Assembly (NCBI GenBank): GCA_044351695.1
Contig: JBILFF010000001.1
Coordinates: forward strand, 2,400 to 66,399
DNA length: 64,000 nt
Reading direction: 5' to 3'
Origin: Bdellovibrionota bacterium
Lineage (GTDB): Bacteria; Bdellovibrionota; UBA2394
Shown here: positions 19,665 through 30,730 of the stretch, one piece after another
Layout: each line of letters begins with the position of its first letter
How positions within the stretch are numbered: position 1 is the stretch's first letter
The notes under the pieces: generated by a model
The model's input: the letters and a program-made list of their open reading frames with translations, nothing else
What the model was told of the DNA's origin: nothing
Databases searched by the model: none
Made by a program: the position numbers and the translations under genes

Positions 19665-22298
19665 CTAGGCCGTCAACTTTAGCCCTTGAATATGCTCACG
19701 AGCTGCTTTTTTAAGATTATCGAGATTCAAAGCCTCAATGTTGGGCCCACCCACCTGAGCAAAGTCGGGCTTTCCTCCGCCCTTGCCTCCCAAAAGCTCA
19801 CCAATTTTAGTGATTAGCGTTTGAGTTTGAAACAAAGCCGCAATCTCTGCATTCACTGCAACAATCACGGTCGCCTTGCCCTCGATCTCAGCCCCAACAA
19901 TCGCCACCCCTCGACCCACTTGATTTCGGTAGTTCTCGGCGAGAGGTCGAAGATCTTTCGCATTTTCGACCTGAACAATATCTACCAGCACAGGCACCTG
20001 ATCGATGGCCTCAATCAGAGACTTCAGATCTTTGGCCGGAGCCTGCGCTCGGTCTGAGATTTTCTTTTGAAGATCCGAGCGCTCCTTGAGAAGCTTTTCT
20101 ACTTTACTGAGAAGCTCTTTGCGCGGCGTCTTTAGAGTTTCTGCAATCTGCTCGAGCATCGCTTGTTCTTCGGCCACTAAATCCAGCGCCTTTTGGGCCG
20201 TTACTGCTGTGATCCGTCGCACTCCCGAGGCAATACTCGACTCCGAAACAATTTTAAAGAGTCCGGCCTCCGCTAAACTCTCAGCGTGCGTGCCACCGCA
20301 AAGCTCTGTTGAAAACTTACCAACCCGAAGAACTCTTACTCGATCGCCATATTTGTCTTCAAAAAAAGCCTTCGCGCCTGAGGCCAGCGCCTCTTCGAGA
20401 CCCTCTTCTTTGATTTGTATAGCGGGATTCTCTCGGATTCGCTGATTACAAATGTTCTCGATTTTCAAAAGCTCTTCGCGAGTGAGTGCTTGATAGTGAC
20501 TAAAATCAAATCTCAAATATTGATCGGTCACGAGACTTCCTGCCTGCTTGATGTGACCGCCCACCACTTCCTGCAAAGTAGCGTGAAGAACATGAGTCAT
20601 CGTGTGATTGATACGAATTCGCTTACGCCGCACAAAGTCGATTGCCGCTTCAACAGCATCTCCACGCTTTAAGCTGCCGTGACGGACTCGCCCCAAATGA
20701 ATATGAAAACTGCCGATGGGCTTTTTGCAATCCAGAACCTCAAAAAAGGCTTCTCCTAATTTTATGGTGCCGCTATCGCCCACCTGCCCACCAGACTCTG
20801 CATAAAAGGGCGTTCGATCTAAAATAATCTCGGCGTCTTCACCTTCATGGACTTGATCCACAAGCTTTCCGCCAGAGATTAGCGCTAGAATTCGTGCCGG
20901 CTCGGCCACCGAAGCATAACCCGTAAACTCTGCCCCCTGAGCGAGCGAGGCCGCTTGATGATAAACTTCTTCTACTGTTTTTTGACCACTACCCTTCCAA
21001 CTGGCTCGCGATCTCTCGCGCTGCTCCTCCAAAGCGACTTGAAAACCCTGCGCGTCGAGCTGAAATCCCCGCTCTCGCAAGATGACCTCTGTGAGATCAA
21101 GAGGAAATCCAAAGGTATCATAAAGTTGAAAAGCCAGCGCGCCTTCGAGAGTCCCGCCACTGGCCAACTTAGAAAGTCGTGAATCTAAAAGCTTGAGTCC
21201 ACCCTCAAGGGTTTCAAAAAACTTTTCTTCTTCGAGCTGAATCATCTTGGTGACGGCCGCTTCGTTTGTACTGAGCTCAGGATAAGCCGCCGACATTTCA
21301 GAGACTAAAGTGTTCACTGCTTTATGAAAAAAGGGCTTTTCGGCTCCTAGTTTTTTGCCGTAGCGAATGGCTCGCCTCAAAATTCGGCGCAGCACATAGC
21401 CACGACCCTCGTTTGAGGGGTTTACGCCATCGGCAATTAAGAAACTACAAGCTCGCAGATGGTCGGTAAGCACTTTAAGAGCAGCACTAGTGGCCTCTTC
21501 TTTTCCGTACTGAGCGCCCGTGATTTCACAAAAAGCCTTCACGATTTTTTGCATTCCATCGATATCGTAGTTGCTATCGACTCCCTGCACGAGGCTTGCC
21601 AGTCGCTCGAGACCCATGCCTGTATCTACCGAGGGTTTTGGAAGGGGAATCATCCGTCCGTCCGAAAATCTTTCAAACTGCATAAAGACGTTGTTCCAAA
21701 CTTCTAAATATCTCTCGCCCCCGTCGTAGATGGTCACATTCTTTCCAAGGGACTCGCCTCGGTCATAATAAATTTCAGTGCAAGGCCCACAAGGGCCCGT
21801 GTCTCCCATGGCCCAAAAATTATCGGCCTCGCCCATGCGAGCAATGCGATTGTCAGAGAGGCCTGAAATTTTCTTCCAGAGATCGGCCGCTTCTTGATCG
21901 TCTTTATAAACAGAGACCCAAAGTTTTTCTTTGGGAAAGCCCACGACCTTGGTGAGGTAGGTCCACGCAAACTCAATGGCCTCCTCTTTAAAATAATCTC
22001 CAAACGAGAAATTTCCTAACATCTCAAAAAAAGTGTGATGTCTCTTGGTAAAGCCCACGCTTTCGAGATCGTTGTGCTTACCCCCCGCCCGAACACACTT
22101 TTGTACCGTGGTCGCCCGTGTAAAGCTGGGCTTTTCTTTGCCGGTAAAGAAGTCCTTAAACTGCACCATACCAGCATTGGTAAAGAGCAGAGTCGGATCA
22201 TTTTGGGGGACTAGAGAAGACGAGCGAACCCGCCGATGGTTTCGCTCTTCGAAAAACTTTAAAAAGGACTCGCGCAAATCGCGAACAGTCTTAGACAT
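19665..22298 (-). CDS. alaS: alanine--tRNA ligase
   Basis: N-terminal FLKFF…LLFTNAGMVQFKDFFTG; 877 aa. Confidence 0.95.
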   Translation of the reverse strand: MSKTVRDLRESFLKFFEERNHRRVRSSSLVPQNDPTLLFTNAGMVQFKDFFTGKEKPSFTRATTVQKCVRAGGKHNDLESVGFTKRHHTFFEMLGNFSFGDYFKEEAIEFAWTYLTKVVGFPKEKLWVSVYKDDQEAADLWKKISGLSDNRIARMGEADNFWAMGDTGPCGPCTEIYYDRGESLGKNVTIYDGGERYLEVWNNVFMQFERFSDGRMIPLPKPSVDTGMGLERLASLVQGVDSNYDIDGMQKIVKAFCEITGAQYGKEEATSAALKVLTDHLRACSFLIADGVNPSNEGRGYVLRRILRRAIRYGKKLGAEKPFFHKAVNTLVSEMSAAYPELSTNEAAVTKMIQLEEEKFFETLEGGLKLLDSRLSKLASGGTLEGALAFQLYDTFGFPLDLTEVILRERGFQLDAQGFQVALEEQRERSRASWKGSGQKTVEEVYHQAASLAQGAEFTGYASVAEPARILALISGGKLVDQVHEGEDAEIILDRTPFYAESGGQVGDSGTIKLGEAFFEVLDCKKPIGSFHIHLGRVRHGSLKRGDAVEAAIDFVRRKRIRINHTMTHVLHATLQEVVGGHIKQAGSLVTDQYLRFDFSHYQALTREELLKIENICNQRIRENPAIQIKEEGLEEALASGAKAFFEDKYGDRVRVLRVGKFSTELCGGTHAESLAEAGLFKIVSESSIASGVRRITAVTAQKALDLVAEEQAMLEQIAETLKTPRKELLSKVEKLLKERSDLQKKISDRAQAPAKDLKSLIEAIDQVPVLVDIVQVENAKDLRPLAENYRNQVGRGVAIVGAEIEGKATVIVAVNAEIAALFQTQTLITKIGELLGGKGGGKPDFAQVGGPNIEALNLDNLKKAAREHIQGLKLTA

Positions 22299-22339
22299 GG
22301 AGCCACGCTAACAGAGGCCCCCGTCTATCGGCAAGACGA

Positions 22340-24763
22340 CTACTGCAAGGTTGCGGGACCCTGGGGCATCGACGCTCGACGCCGGGCCTTGACCTTGCCG
22401 CGAGAAGTCCCTGCATGGGCCCGTTTTAGAGCCAACTGAAGCACTTCATCGATATGATCCACCAAATGAATCTTCAGCTTAGATCGCACAGCCTTGGGCA
22501 AATCGACCAAATCCTTTTCGCACGCACGGGGCATAATGATTTGGTGCACGCTTTGGCGAACCGCCGCTAGCACCTTTTCTTTAATGCCGCCCACCGGAAG
22601 AACTCGACCGGTCAAAGTGATTTCGCCGGTCATCGCAAAATCGCGATTCACGGGCACGCCCGTGACGAGTGAAATCAAAGCCGTTGCAAAAGTGATCCCT
22701 GCGGATGGCCCATCCTTCGGAATCGCCCCCGCTGGCGCATGAATATGAAAATCATGCTCACCAAAAAAGCTCTTCGGCAGACCCAACTCATCTGAACGCG
22801 TTCGCACAAACGAAAGCGCCGTCTGAGCAGACTCCTTCATGACCTCTCCCAACTGTCCGGTGAGTTGAATCTTGCCGGTTCCTGAAGAAAAGCTTCCCTC
22901 CATCACCAAAGTCTCACCCCCCGACTCAGTCCAAGCTAAGCCCGTAGCGACTCCCACCTGGTCCACATCCCTCAGCGGATCGGGCACAACTTTTTGTGGG
23001 CCCAAGAAAACAGGGATCAGCTTTGGAGTTACTTTTTTGGCAGTAAACTCAACGCCTTCAAGCGCTTTTTTGCGCGCGATCTTTCGGCAGACCGTGCCCA
23101 CTTCACGCTCAAGGCTTCTCAGTCCCGCTTCACGCGTGTAACTCTCAATCATCATTTGCACCGCCGAACTGGTGATGCTCATGTCTTGAGGCTCGAGACC
23201 ATTTTCTTTCATTTGCTTAGGAACCAGATACTTGTGAGCGATCTGCACTTTGTCTTCGAGCGTATAGCCGGTCAAGCGAATGACCTCCATTCGATCTCGC
23301 AGCGGCCCAGGGATGGTGTCTAGGTTGTTGGCCGTGCAAATAAACAACACATTGCTCAGATCAAAAGGCAGATTGACGTAGTGATCTCTGAAGCTGTTGT
23401 TTTGCTCGGGATCCAAAACCTCGAGCAATGCTGAAGCCGGATCTCCTCGGTAATCCATTCCAAGCTTGTCGATTTCATCTAATACAAAGACGGGATTATT
23501 GGTGCCCGCCATTCGCAAGCCCTGAATCACTCGACCGGGCATAGCGCCGACGTAAGTTCTTCGGTGCCCGCGAATCTCGGCCTCATCTTTTACACCACCC
23601 ATACTCATTCGAACGAATTGTCGTCCCATGGTACGAGCAATGCTCTTGCCCAAAGAAGTCTTTCCTACTCCGGGAGGGCCTACAAAACAAAGGATCGGAC
23701 CCTTCACCGATTTCTTGAGCTTACAAACCGCCAGGTGGTCGAGAATTCTCTCTTTGATTTTCTCGAGATCAAAATGGTCCTCATCCAAAACCTCTTTGGC
23801 TTTCAATAAATCCAAATTGTCCGTAGAGGACTTCGACCAAGGAAGTTCGCACATGGCATCCAGATAGGTGCGGATGATGGTGGCCTCCGCGCTATCGTTA
23901 TGCATATTCTCGAGACGCTTGAGTTGCTTGAGGCACTCGCGCTCTGGCTCAGGCGCCATTTTAGAATTCGCGATTCTTTGTCTAAGCTCTTCGACTTCTT
24001 CTATTTTAGAGTCAGCGTCGCCGAGCTCGCTTCGGATCGCCCTCATCTGCTCACGCAAAAAGTATTCTTTTTGCGTGCGACTCATTTCGTCTTTAGCTTG
24101 CGATTGAATCTTTGCCTGCATCTCAAGGACTTCAATTTCTTTAGCAAGCGCATCGTTGACCTTGCGAAGGCGATCCACGGGATCCGATACTTCAAGAATC
24201 TGCTGACTATCGACCACCTTGAGTCCAAGGTTCGATGCAACGAGATCGGCGAGCCGTCCCGGCTCTTGAATCTCATCGAGCACGACTAAAATATCGGGCG
24301 ATAAAACTTTGCCCATCGAAATCACGCGCTCAAGAAGCGCCTTCACATTTCGAATAAGCGCCTCGGCCTCAAGCTCTCGATCGGCCCAAGAACCATCAGC
24401 AATTTTTTTAATCTTCACCTGAAAATTAGGCGCGTCCTGCACGAAGTCAGTAATCTCGGCCTTGACCAAGCCCTGAACGAGAATCTTGATCTTGCCGTCT
24501 TCGGGCAATTTATTCATGCGCATGATCATGCCCACGCAACCCACCCGGTGAATCCCTCCCGGAGAGGGATTCTCTTCGTCTACATCCTTTTGGGCAGCCA
24601 AAAACAATAAACGATCTTTGTTTAATGCCTCATTGACAGCATTAATCGAAGACGTTCTGCCCACAAAAAGAGGAAGAATCATGTAGGGATAGATCACTAC
24701 ATCTCTTACAGGGAGGAGGGGTAATTCATCAGGTATTTGGATATGATCGTGTTCGCTCGACAT
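22340..24763 (-). CDS. lon: ATP-dependent protease Lon
   Basis: Lon N-terminal domain, AAA+ Walker A GPPGVGKTS, C-terminal protease domain; 807 aa. Confidence 0.95.
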   Translation of the reverse strand: MSSEHDHIQIPDELPLLPVRDVVIYPYMILPLFVGRTSSINAVNEALNKDRLLFLAAQKDVDEENPSPGGIHRVGCVGMIMRMNKLPEDGKIKILVQGLVKAEITDFVQDAPNFQVKIKKIADGSWADRELEAEALIRNVKALLERVISMGKVLSPDILVVLDEIQEPGRLADLVASNLGLKVVDSQQILEVSDPVDRLRKVNDALAKEIEVLEMQAKIQSQAKDEMSRTQKEYFLREQMRAIRSELGDADSKIEEVEELRQRIANSKMAPEPERECLKQLKRLENMHNDSAEATIIRTYLDAMCELPWSKSSTDNLDLLKAKEVLDEDHFDLEKIKERILDHLAVCKLKKSVKGPILCFVGPPGVGKTSLGKSIARTMGRQFVRMSMGGVKDEAEIRGHRRTYVGAMPGRVIQGLRMAGTNNPVFVLDEIDKLGMDYRGDPASALLEVLDPEQNNSFRDHYVNLPFDLSNVLFICTANNLDTIPGPLRDRMEVIRLTGYTLEDKVQIAHKYLVPKQMKENGLEPQDMSITSSAVQMMIESYTREAGLRSLEREVGTVCRKIARKKALEGVEFTAKKVTPKLIPVFLGPQKVVPDPLRDVDQVGVATGLAWTESGGETLVMEGSFSSGTGKIQLTGQLGEVMKESAQTALSFVRTRSDELGLPKSFFGEHDFHIHAPAGAIPKDGPSAGITFATALISLVTGVPVNRDFAMTGEITLTGRVLPVGGIKEKVLAAVRQSVHQIIMPRACEKDLVDLPKAVRSKLKIHLVDHIDEVLQLALKRAHAGTSRGKVKARRRASMPQGPATLQ

Positions 24764-24897
24764 CTCTTATACTGTAGCAGTCGTACAAAAAGGCAGCGAA
24801 GCACCAAAAGAATTCAATCCTATGCATAAATTTTGACACGCAATTATTTCGCACCGTGGGTCGGCGCATCAATTGAGGAAAGCGTTAAAATAGTTTT

Positions 24898-26067
24898 ATG
24901 GAGCTCAACGATATTCTAAAGATCGCGGTTAAAGCCAGCGCATCCGACATTCACCTTAAAGCCGGACTTCAGCCGATCTTTAGAATCGACGGGTCGCTGG
25001 TGCCGCTCAGCAATTCACCAACGATCACCACTGAGCAGGTGGTCAAAATCATGAATACCATGTTGAATGCTCAACAAAAATTGCGGTTCGAGGAATTTAA
25101 TGAGGTGGATTTAGCCTACGGCGTAGCAGGCGTTGGTCGATTTCGTGTTAACGCGTTTCAACAACGCGGCACGCCCGGACTCGTCTTTCGAGTGATTCCT
25201 TACGTCGTTAAGAGTATCGACCAGCTTGAGCTTCCCCCCATTCTTAAAACTATTGCTCTAGAGGAGCGTGGTCTTATTTTAGTGACCGGCGCGACTGGCA
25301 GCGGAAAGTCCACAACGCTCGCCGCGATGGTCGATTATATTAACGAGAATCATGCCTGTAATATTGTGACGATCGAGGAGCCGATCGAGTATTTGGTTAA
25401 AGATAAGAAGTCGATTGTGAATCAGCGCGAGGTAGGGGTGGATACGGTGGGCTTTAACCTGGCTCTTCGCGGAGCACTTCGACAAGATCCTGATGTCATT
25501 TTAGTGGGCGAGATGCGGGATGCAGAAACCATGGAGACGGCGATTCAAGCGGCCGAGACGGGGCACCTGGTCTTAAGCACTCTTCACACTTCTGATGCCG
25601 TTGAGACCATCAATCGAATTGTATCGGTGTTTCCGCCCTATCAGCACAAACAAATTCGGCTTCAATTGGCGAGCAACCTCAAGGCGGTGATCTCGCAGAG
25701 ACTGGTGAATAGACAAAGCGGCGAGGGCCGGGTTCCCGCCGTTGAGATCTTGATTAACAATTCGAGAACAAAAGAAATGATAGAGAACCCCGACCGCACA
25801 CGCGAGATGCATCAAGCCATCGCTGAAAGCCATGTCTCCTACAACATGCAAACTTTTGATCAGTCGCTGATGCAACTTCTTTCTAAAGAGCTCATCTCTT
25901 ATGAAGAGGCTCTTAAGCAATCTTCGAACCCTCACGATTTCGCACTTCGCGCCTCGGGTATTCACTCAGGTACAGATGCCAACTGGGATGCTTTTGAGCG
26001 ATCAGCCGAGGCCGAAAGCGCTCTCATCCCAAACGCTCAGGAGCCGGAGCGGGCCCAGAAAAAATAG
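24898..26067 (+). CDS. pilT: type IV pilus retraction ATPase, PilT/PilU family
   Basis: Walker A GATGSGKST and overall PilT similarity; about 40-aa C-terminal extension. Confidence 0.85.
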   Translation: MELNDILKIAVKASASDIHLKAGLQPIFRIDGSLVPLSNSPTITTEQVVKIMNTMLNAQQKLRFEEFNEVDLAYGVAGVGRFRVNAFQQRGTPGLVFRVIPYVVKSIDQLELPPILKTIALEERGLILVTGATGSGKSTTLAAMVDYINENHACNIVTIEEPIEYLVKDKKSIVNQREVGVDTVGFNLALRGALRQDPDVILVGEMRDAETMETAIQAAETGHLVLSTLHTSDAVETINRIVSVFPPYQHKQIRLQLASNLKAVISQRLVNRQSGEGRVPAVEILINNSRTKEMIENPDRTREMHQAIAESHVSYNMQTFDQSLMQLLSKELISYEEALKQSSNPHDFALRASGIHSGTDANWDAFERSAEAESALIPNAQEPERAQKK

Positions 26068-26122
26068 GGCCCCTTTCGCAAGATAGACGCGGCCCAGCAG
26101 TGACGAGTAAACTTGGGGGCAG

Positions 26123-26989
26123 ATGTCTAAAAAAAGGTCGGAGCGAGGATCGATCATGTCTGATGAAAGCCCATCAAACTCAAAGCCCCGTAGCAAATCA
26201 CAGCACTCATCCTCTGCTTTTCCGCAAACACTCAAGTCTTTGGTCTCTGATATTGCATTTGACGCTTGGAATACGGCGCAGTACTTCAGACATTTTTTTA
26301 AGATTCATTACCGTCGAGTTTCTCATCTCAACCAAAAATCTGATCACCCCCCGGTCATCTTGCTTCAGGGCTTTATGGGCACACACTCTGTACTCGATCC
26401 GCTCGATCGATTCATGCGAGACAATGGCCGCCATGTCTTTTTGATTGATCTCGGGCTCGTCAATGTTCGCGATATTCGAGAATCTGCTGAAACCCTCCTT
26501 TTTGAGATCGAACGGATTGTAGACGAGTACTCCAAAACGCACGGCTTCAAAAAATTTGATATCGTTGCCCACAGCATGGGAGGGCTCATTGCCCTTTACT
26601 ACATAAAGAAACTGGGCGGCCATCGACTGATTCGAAAGTTAATTTGCCTGGGATCTCCGTTTCGCGGCACTTGGGCCGCTACTTTAGGGGCCGCTTTGTT
26701 TGGTCTAGTTTCAAAAGGTGTTTGGCAAATGCTTCCGCGCTCTTCTTTTTTGACGGAGCTTCATCAGACGGGCTCAACACATAAAACCCAAATTTATTCG
26801 ATCGCCGCTCAAAACGATACGGTCTGCCCACCCAGAAGTTGCTTTTTAAAGGGAGCCGTGAATCGGATTTTGCCTCTGGGACATGCCTCGCTGGTGATGG
26901 ACAAAAGAGTTTTTGAAACTATTCTCAGTTTCTTAGACTCAGAGAAGCTTGAGTCTAAGATCGTCGAGTTTGAGCATTTTCGTCACTAG
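26123..26989 (+). CDS. alpha/beta-fold hydrolase (lipase/esterase-like)
   Basis: GxSxG nucleophile elbow AHSMGG; HGF motif; 288 aa. Confidence 0.65.
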   Translation: MSKKRSERGSIMSDESPSNSKPRSKSQHSSSAFPQTLKSLVSDIAFDAWNTAQYFRHFFKIHYRRVSHLNQKSDHPPVILLQGFMGTHSVLDPLDRFMRDNGRHVFLIDLGLVNVRDIRESAETLLFEIERIVDEYSKTHGFKKFDIVAHSMGGLIALYYIKKLGGHRLIRKLICLGSPFRGTWAATLGAALFGLVSKGVWQMLPRSSFLTELHQTGSTHKTQIYSIAAQNDTVCPPRSCFLKGAVNRILPLGHASLVMDKRVFETILSFLDSEKLESKIVEFEHFRH

Positions 26990-27327
26990 TCTTTTTTTGG
27001 TGATCCCCAGGAAATCCACTGGCCCGTATAAATATTGTGAGTAAAAGACTCGGCAGTGAAGGGGGGGCGATGGAGTTCGACCACAAAGTCTCCTCGCTCA
27101 AAATTTAGAACTCGAAAGCTCATCTGATGGCCCATCATGGCCTGTGGGAACTTTTGCACAGCCCTGGATTCTAACTCTTGGGTTTGAATAGCAGTCGCTA
27201 GCAGCCTGAGCATCTGTATGCTTATCAGAGCGAGAGTGCTCAGAGCCGCCCACTTAAGCCACCGAAGACAGAGATTTTTCATAGAGGAGTTTGATCTGAA
27301 TGCTTTTAATAAACTGATCTGTTCCAA
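26986..27327 (-). CDS. small hypothetical membrane protein
   Basis: Only an ORF with a hydrophobic segment; overlaps neighbours, so the start is uncertain. Confidence 0.25.
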   Translation of the reverse strand: MEQISLLKAFRSNSSMKNLCLRWLKWAALSTLALISIQMLRLLATAIQTQELESRAVQKFPQAMMGHQMSFRVLNFERGDFVVELHRPPFTAESFTHNIYTGQWISWGSPKKD

Positions 27328-27859
27328 GAATGCTTTGAGTGTTTCTAAAATGAAGACTTTCAGTGGGGATGGGCCCTCCCAATGATTTTTTTAAACTCTG
27401 GGGCTGAGAGGGTCCTTTTGTTGGCCTTGCACACTCATACCAATAATGGCTGTCGGAGGAATCGGAGCCCGATGTTTGAGAGTGATGCTTCTGCCTCATC
27501 TGCTGAAGGAGGGGTAGAGTAAATTCATCTTGCACGAGCACGCAGCGGTAAAAAAGCCTCTCGGATTCAAGCAGCAGACTCTTTTGCTGATTCATCAGAG
27601 CATGCAGTCGCTTCATAAAACCCTCGAGATTCGCAAGAGAGGGTCGAAGCAGAATCTCGTAGCCATTCTCCGTTAAAGCATATGCGCAGAGCTCAATCTG
27701 AAATTTCTCAGCACACTGGTGAAGTGTTTTTACAAACTGTTTGGCCATGCCTGTCGATGAAAAATAGCGCTTACTAGCTGAGCGTTTAGGGCTCTGAGAG
27801 AGTGCTTGGTTTGTGATCCAATAGAAGTGATGGGGGAGGAGGATTCTTTTTTCTCGCAT
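27254..27859 (-). mobile_element. IS200/RayT-like (COG1943) transposase-family protein, probable inactivated derivative
   Basis: YWITNQ… and …ELCAYALTENGYEILLRP resemble the Y…T/NR and LMPNHVHLL segments of IS200/RayT proteins, but the HxH of the HUH motif is replaced by GYE; non-canonical C-terminal extension. Confidence 0.4.
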
Positions 27860-27890
27860 AAAAAAAGCCCTGCAGAACTAGCTGCAGGGC
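27860..27890 (-). terminator. rho-independent terminator (minus strand)
   Basis: GCCCTGCAG-aactag-CTGCAGGGC hairpin followed on the minus strand by TTTTTTT. Confidence 0.6.
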
Positions 27891-27988
27891 TTAAAAACGA
27901 AATCGCTGATGTCTGGGCTAAAGCCTTTCTCGAAAGCGAATGCTCGCTTTCAAAATTCGAAGCCTCAGCGAAGAATAAAACTTAAGGC

Positions 27989-28162
27989 TTAATTGCCGCG
28001 CTGGTCTTTATTGTCCACAGGAGTCGGGTTCTCTAAATCAGGCCCAGCTTCAGTGCGTTTTTCGGCCTCTGATCCTGTAGGACTACATCTATCACCCGCG
28101 AGCAAAGAGCTCGCCGAGAAACTCATCACCGTGGTCATCATTAAAAGAGCTAATAATTTCAT
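27989..28162 (-). CDS. small secreted peptide (about 57 aa)
   Basis: MKLLALLMMTTVMSFSASSLLAG signal peptide; upstream of the terminator. Confidence 0.3.
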   Translation of the reverse strand: MKLLALLMMTTVMSFSASSLLAGDRCSPTGSEAEKRTEAGPDLENPTPVDNKDQRGN

Positions 28163-28515
28163 ACGAGGGTCCCTCCAATAATTCTGGATACTCATCCAGA
28201 CGGCCTAAAGTTGTGCATTTTTAATGCCACCCCTGATCAGGCGGGGGTTTAGCTAAGTCGTTGAAAGCCCTTAGGTTTCGAACACGCCCCCCGGCCCCTA
28301 CGATGCGGCCTGCGACCTTGCCATCGCAGCTCCCCGAAAGTCTTGCGACCTCTTAGATCCAGCTCCATGCCCGAGAGCCCAGGAGTTCTCTCACGATCGC
28401 CGGGACTGGGCATGACGGCTGAGGAATCTACTTGTTAACAATCAGTCGTTGGATTTGGTAAAGACCCGTTAGAATTGTCGGGCTCCTGATTTAAGTTTTT
28501 ACGCTTCCTTTCGAA

Positions 28516-29137
28516 TCATTTCAATTTTCTTTTCAGCCAAAGCAGCGATGAGCAGATGGACTTGCTTATACCCTTTGAGCTTTCTGAGTTTGGGACGGTG
28601 TTCGAGGATGGAAGCAGCCAGCCGATCTGACCGTGATATTTTTCAGGAGCATAACTTTTTAAACTGCGAAGTTTATGAATCCAACAGCGCTGAATCAGCA
28701 CGCGATCTCCCCAAATATCTTGAAGCGCCTTTTTCAAAGCCCTGCCTCCGTCAATCACTGCAAGAATTCGATCGCCGGCAAAAATGCTCTCGATACCGAC
28801 GATTTCGAAATGCCTGTGCGATCAGAAAATCCCTTGATCACTTTCTAATAGTTGCGAGACGATATTCCACCCACCATGGCTTCGCGCATCTGGTCATCGA
28901 GTAAATCTTTCCCCCGTCGACGATCATCGACGTCATTTCGGATCCTCCACGGTGAAATTGTCCGTCGGCTTTACGAGAAAAAGGCTCTCCACAAAAACTT
29001 CGAACTCCTTGCTCCAAAAGCTCAAGTCCGAGCTTCAGCACGGCTGTCTTGCAATTCTCTCTCAGCAGGTCTTGAAGATCTTTACTCGTTGGAAAAAGAT
29101 TTGGTTGATTTGATAGAGATTCAGGTGTGACTTTCAT
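28516..29137 (-). pseudogene. IS256-family (Mutator-like) transposase remnant, internally deleted or frameshifted
   Basis: Two ORF fragments; the C-terminal fragment has DGG…LKKAL…QRCWIHKLRS matching the IS256 DA.KGL…QRC.VH..RN region; the N-terminal fragment resembles the IS256 N-terminus; no intact DDE core. Confidence 0.6.
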
Positions 29138-29303
29138 TCATGGGCTCCTTTTGAATTTTGACGTTCTCCCGGATTTTATCCGGGGGAGCCCCATCTTTTG
29201 AAATCCTAACGATTTCCGGGGTTACACCGAAATTTTAGTTACAAGTAAAATAAAAATTTGAAGAATTAGCGATTTAAAAACACGCATCTATCCCCCTCTG
29301 AAA

Positions 29304-30344
29304 TTATACTAATTGATAGGAAGCGCCCTTACCTTTGCCTACGAGCTTCAAATGCTTGGCTTCCACCAATTTTCTCAAGTGAGTTTTGAGAGTATTTCGA
29401 TTAATTTCTGTCGCAGCATTTAGATCTTTTATCGTGGTTCGTCCGTGATCTTTGACGAACGCCATGATTCTCATCGAAACATCAGGAAGTTCTTCAATAA
29501 GCTGCTCCGTTTGAAGTTTTTTCTCTAGTTCGGTCATTTGTTTTTGAAGAATTTCGAGAAAAAAATTGAGCCAATCGTTAAGCTGTTTGTCTCCCTTGTC
29601 GAACGTGGCTTGCCCACGTCTGAGAGCCAAATAGTAGCGGTCTTTGTTTGCCTCAACGATTCTTTCAAGAGAGCTATACGGAACATAAGAGTAGCCCGCT
29701 CTAAGCAAAAGAATTGTCGTCAAAATTCTCGAAAGACGCCCATTTCCATCTTGAAACGGGTGGATGGCCAAGAACTGAATAACGAAATATCCAATAACGA
29801 GAATGGGATGAATTTCTCTCGATGAAAGTTGAGAATTAGTCCACTCAACGAGTCTCGTCATTTTGAACGGAGTATCGAAAGGCGCAGCCGATTCAAAAAT
29901 GACTCCGACACTCTTTCCTTTCTCATCGAAAGCTTCAACATTATTGGGGAATTTTTTGTACTCGCCGCGATGTCGCTCATCTTTCGTACTGAATCTCAAA
30001 AGAATTCCATGAAATTGCTTAATAATATTCTCGGTCAGAGGCAGTTCCTGATAATTGGCAAAAACTTTCTCCATCGCTTCAGCGTAGCCAGCAACTTCTT
30101 GTTCATCGCGACTTCTAAATGAATAACGTTTAAGGCCAGACAATAATTTTTCGATCTCTTGATCGGTAAGCTTGACCCCCTCGATTCGTGTAGAAGATCC
30201 AATGGATTCAATGGTCGCCACATGCCGGAGCGCATTCAGACGCTCAGGAGCGAGCCGTCTTGTCGCCGACCACCTGCCCTTAAATTCATCGAGCGCAGCA
30301 AGGATTCGAACCATTTCATGGGTTATTTTAATTTTGGGATCCAT
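29304..30344 (-). CDS. Fic/DOC family protein
   Basis: Canonical Fic motif HPFQDGNGRLSR; C-terminal wHTH-like region; AT-rich gene (~40% GC) compared with its surroundings. Confidence 0.85.
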   Translation of the reverse strand: MDPKIKITHEMVRILAALDEFKGRWSATRRLAPERLNALRHVATIESIGSSTRIEGVKLTDQEIEKLLSGLKRYSFRSRDEQEVAGYAEAMEKVFANYQELPLTENIIKQFHGILLRFSTKDERHRGEYKKFPNNVEAFDEKGKSVGVIFESAAPFDTPFKMTRLVEWTNSQLSSREIHPILVIGYFVIQFLAIHPFQDGNGRLSRILTTILLLRAGYSYVPYSSLERIVEANKDRYYLALRRGQATFDKGDKQLNDWLNFFLEILQKQMTELEKKLQTEQLIEELPDVSMRIMAFVKDHGRTTIKDLNAATEINRNTLKTHLRKLVEAKHLKLVGKGKGASYQLV

Positions 30345-30730
30345 ACACCCAAATATACACCCACATTCACCCAAATGTAACTAGATATGGGTATTTTTGG
30401 GTGAATTTATGGGGGTTTGATGAACCCGATTAAGAGAGTTTTAATCGGAGTATAAATATGGAACGATGCAGTTTGACGCAAAACCCGAAAGCGTTGGCTC
30501 AGCATGAACAAGCATCATTAATCGCAGTGGCGACCCAAGACATAAAGTTTCATCTGGATTAATACGATGCTTTCCGTCGCATTCTGTCTTCAAACCATGA
30601 GGCATAACCTTCTCTTGAGTGTGAGTTTTCTTCGAAACAACTTGGCCGATGCGTATCGATCTCAAGTGATGCCTGAGCGCAGGTCTCTTTTTATCTGAGT
30701 CCACCAGCTCAACATTCCGCACGGAATGTA

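Noticed and set aside
28548-28904. 118-aa plus-strand ORF
   Set aside because: It is antisense to the IS256-family transposase fragments, and the minus-strand reading has the recognisable transposase motifs.
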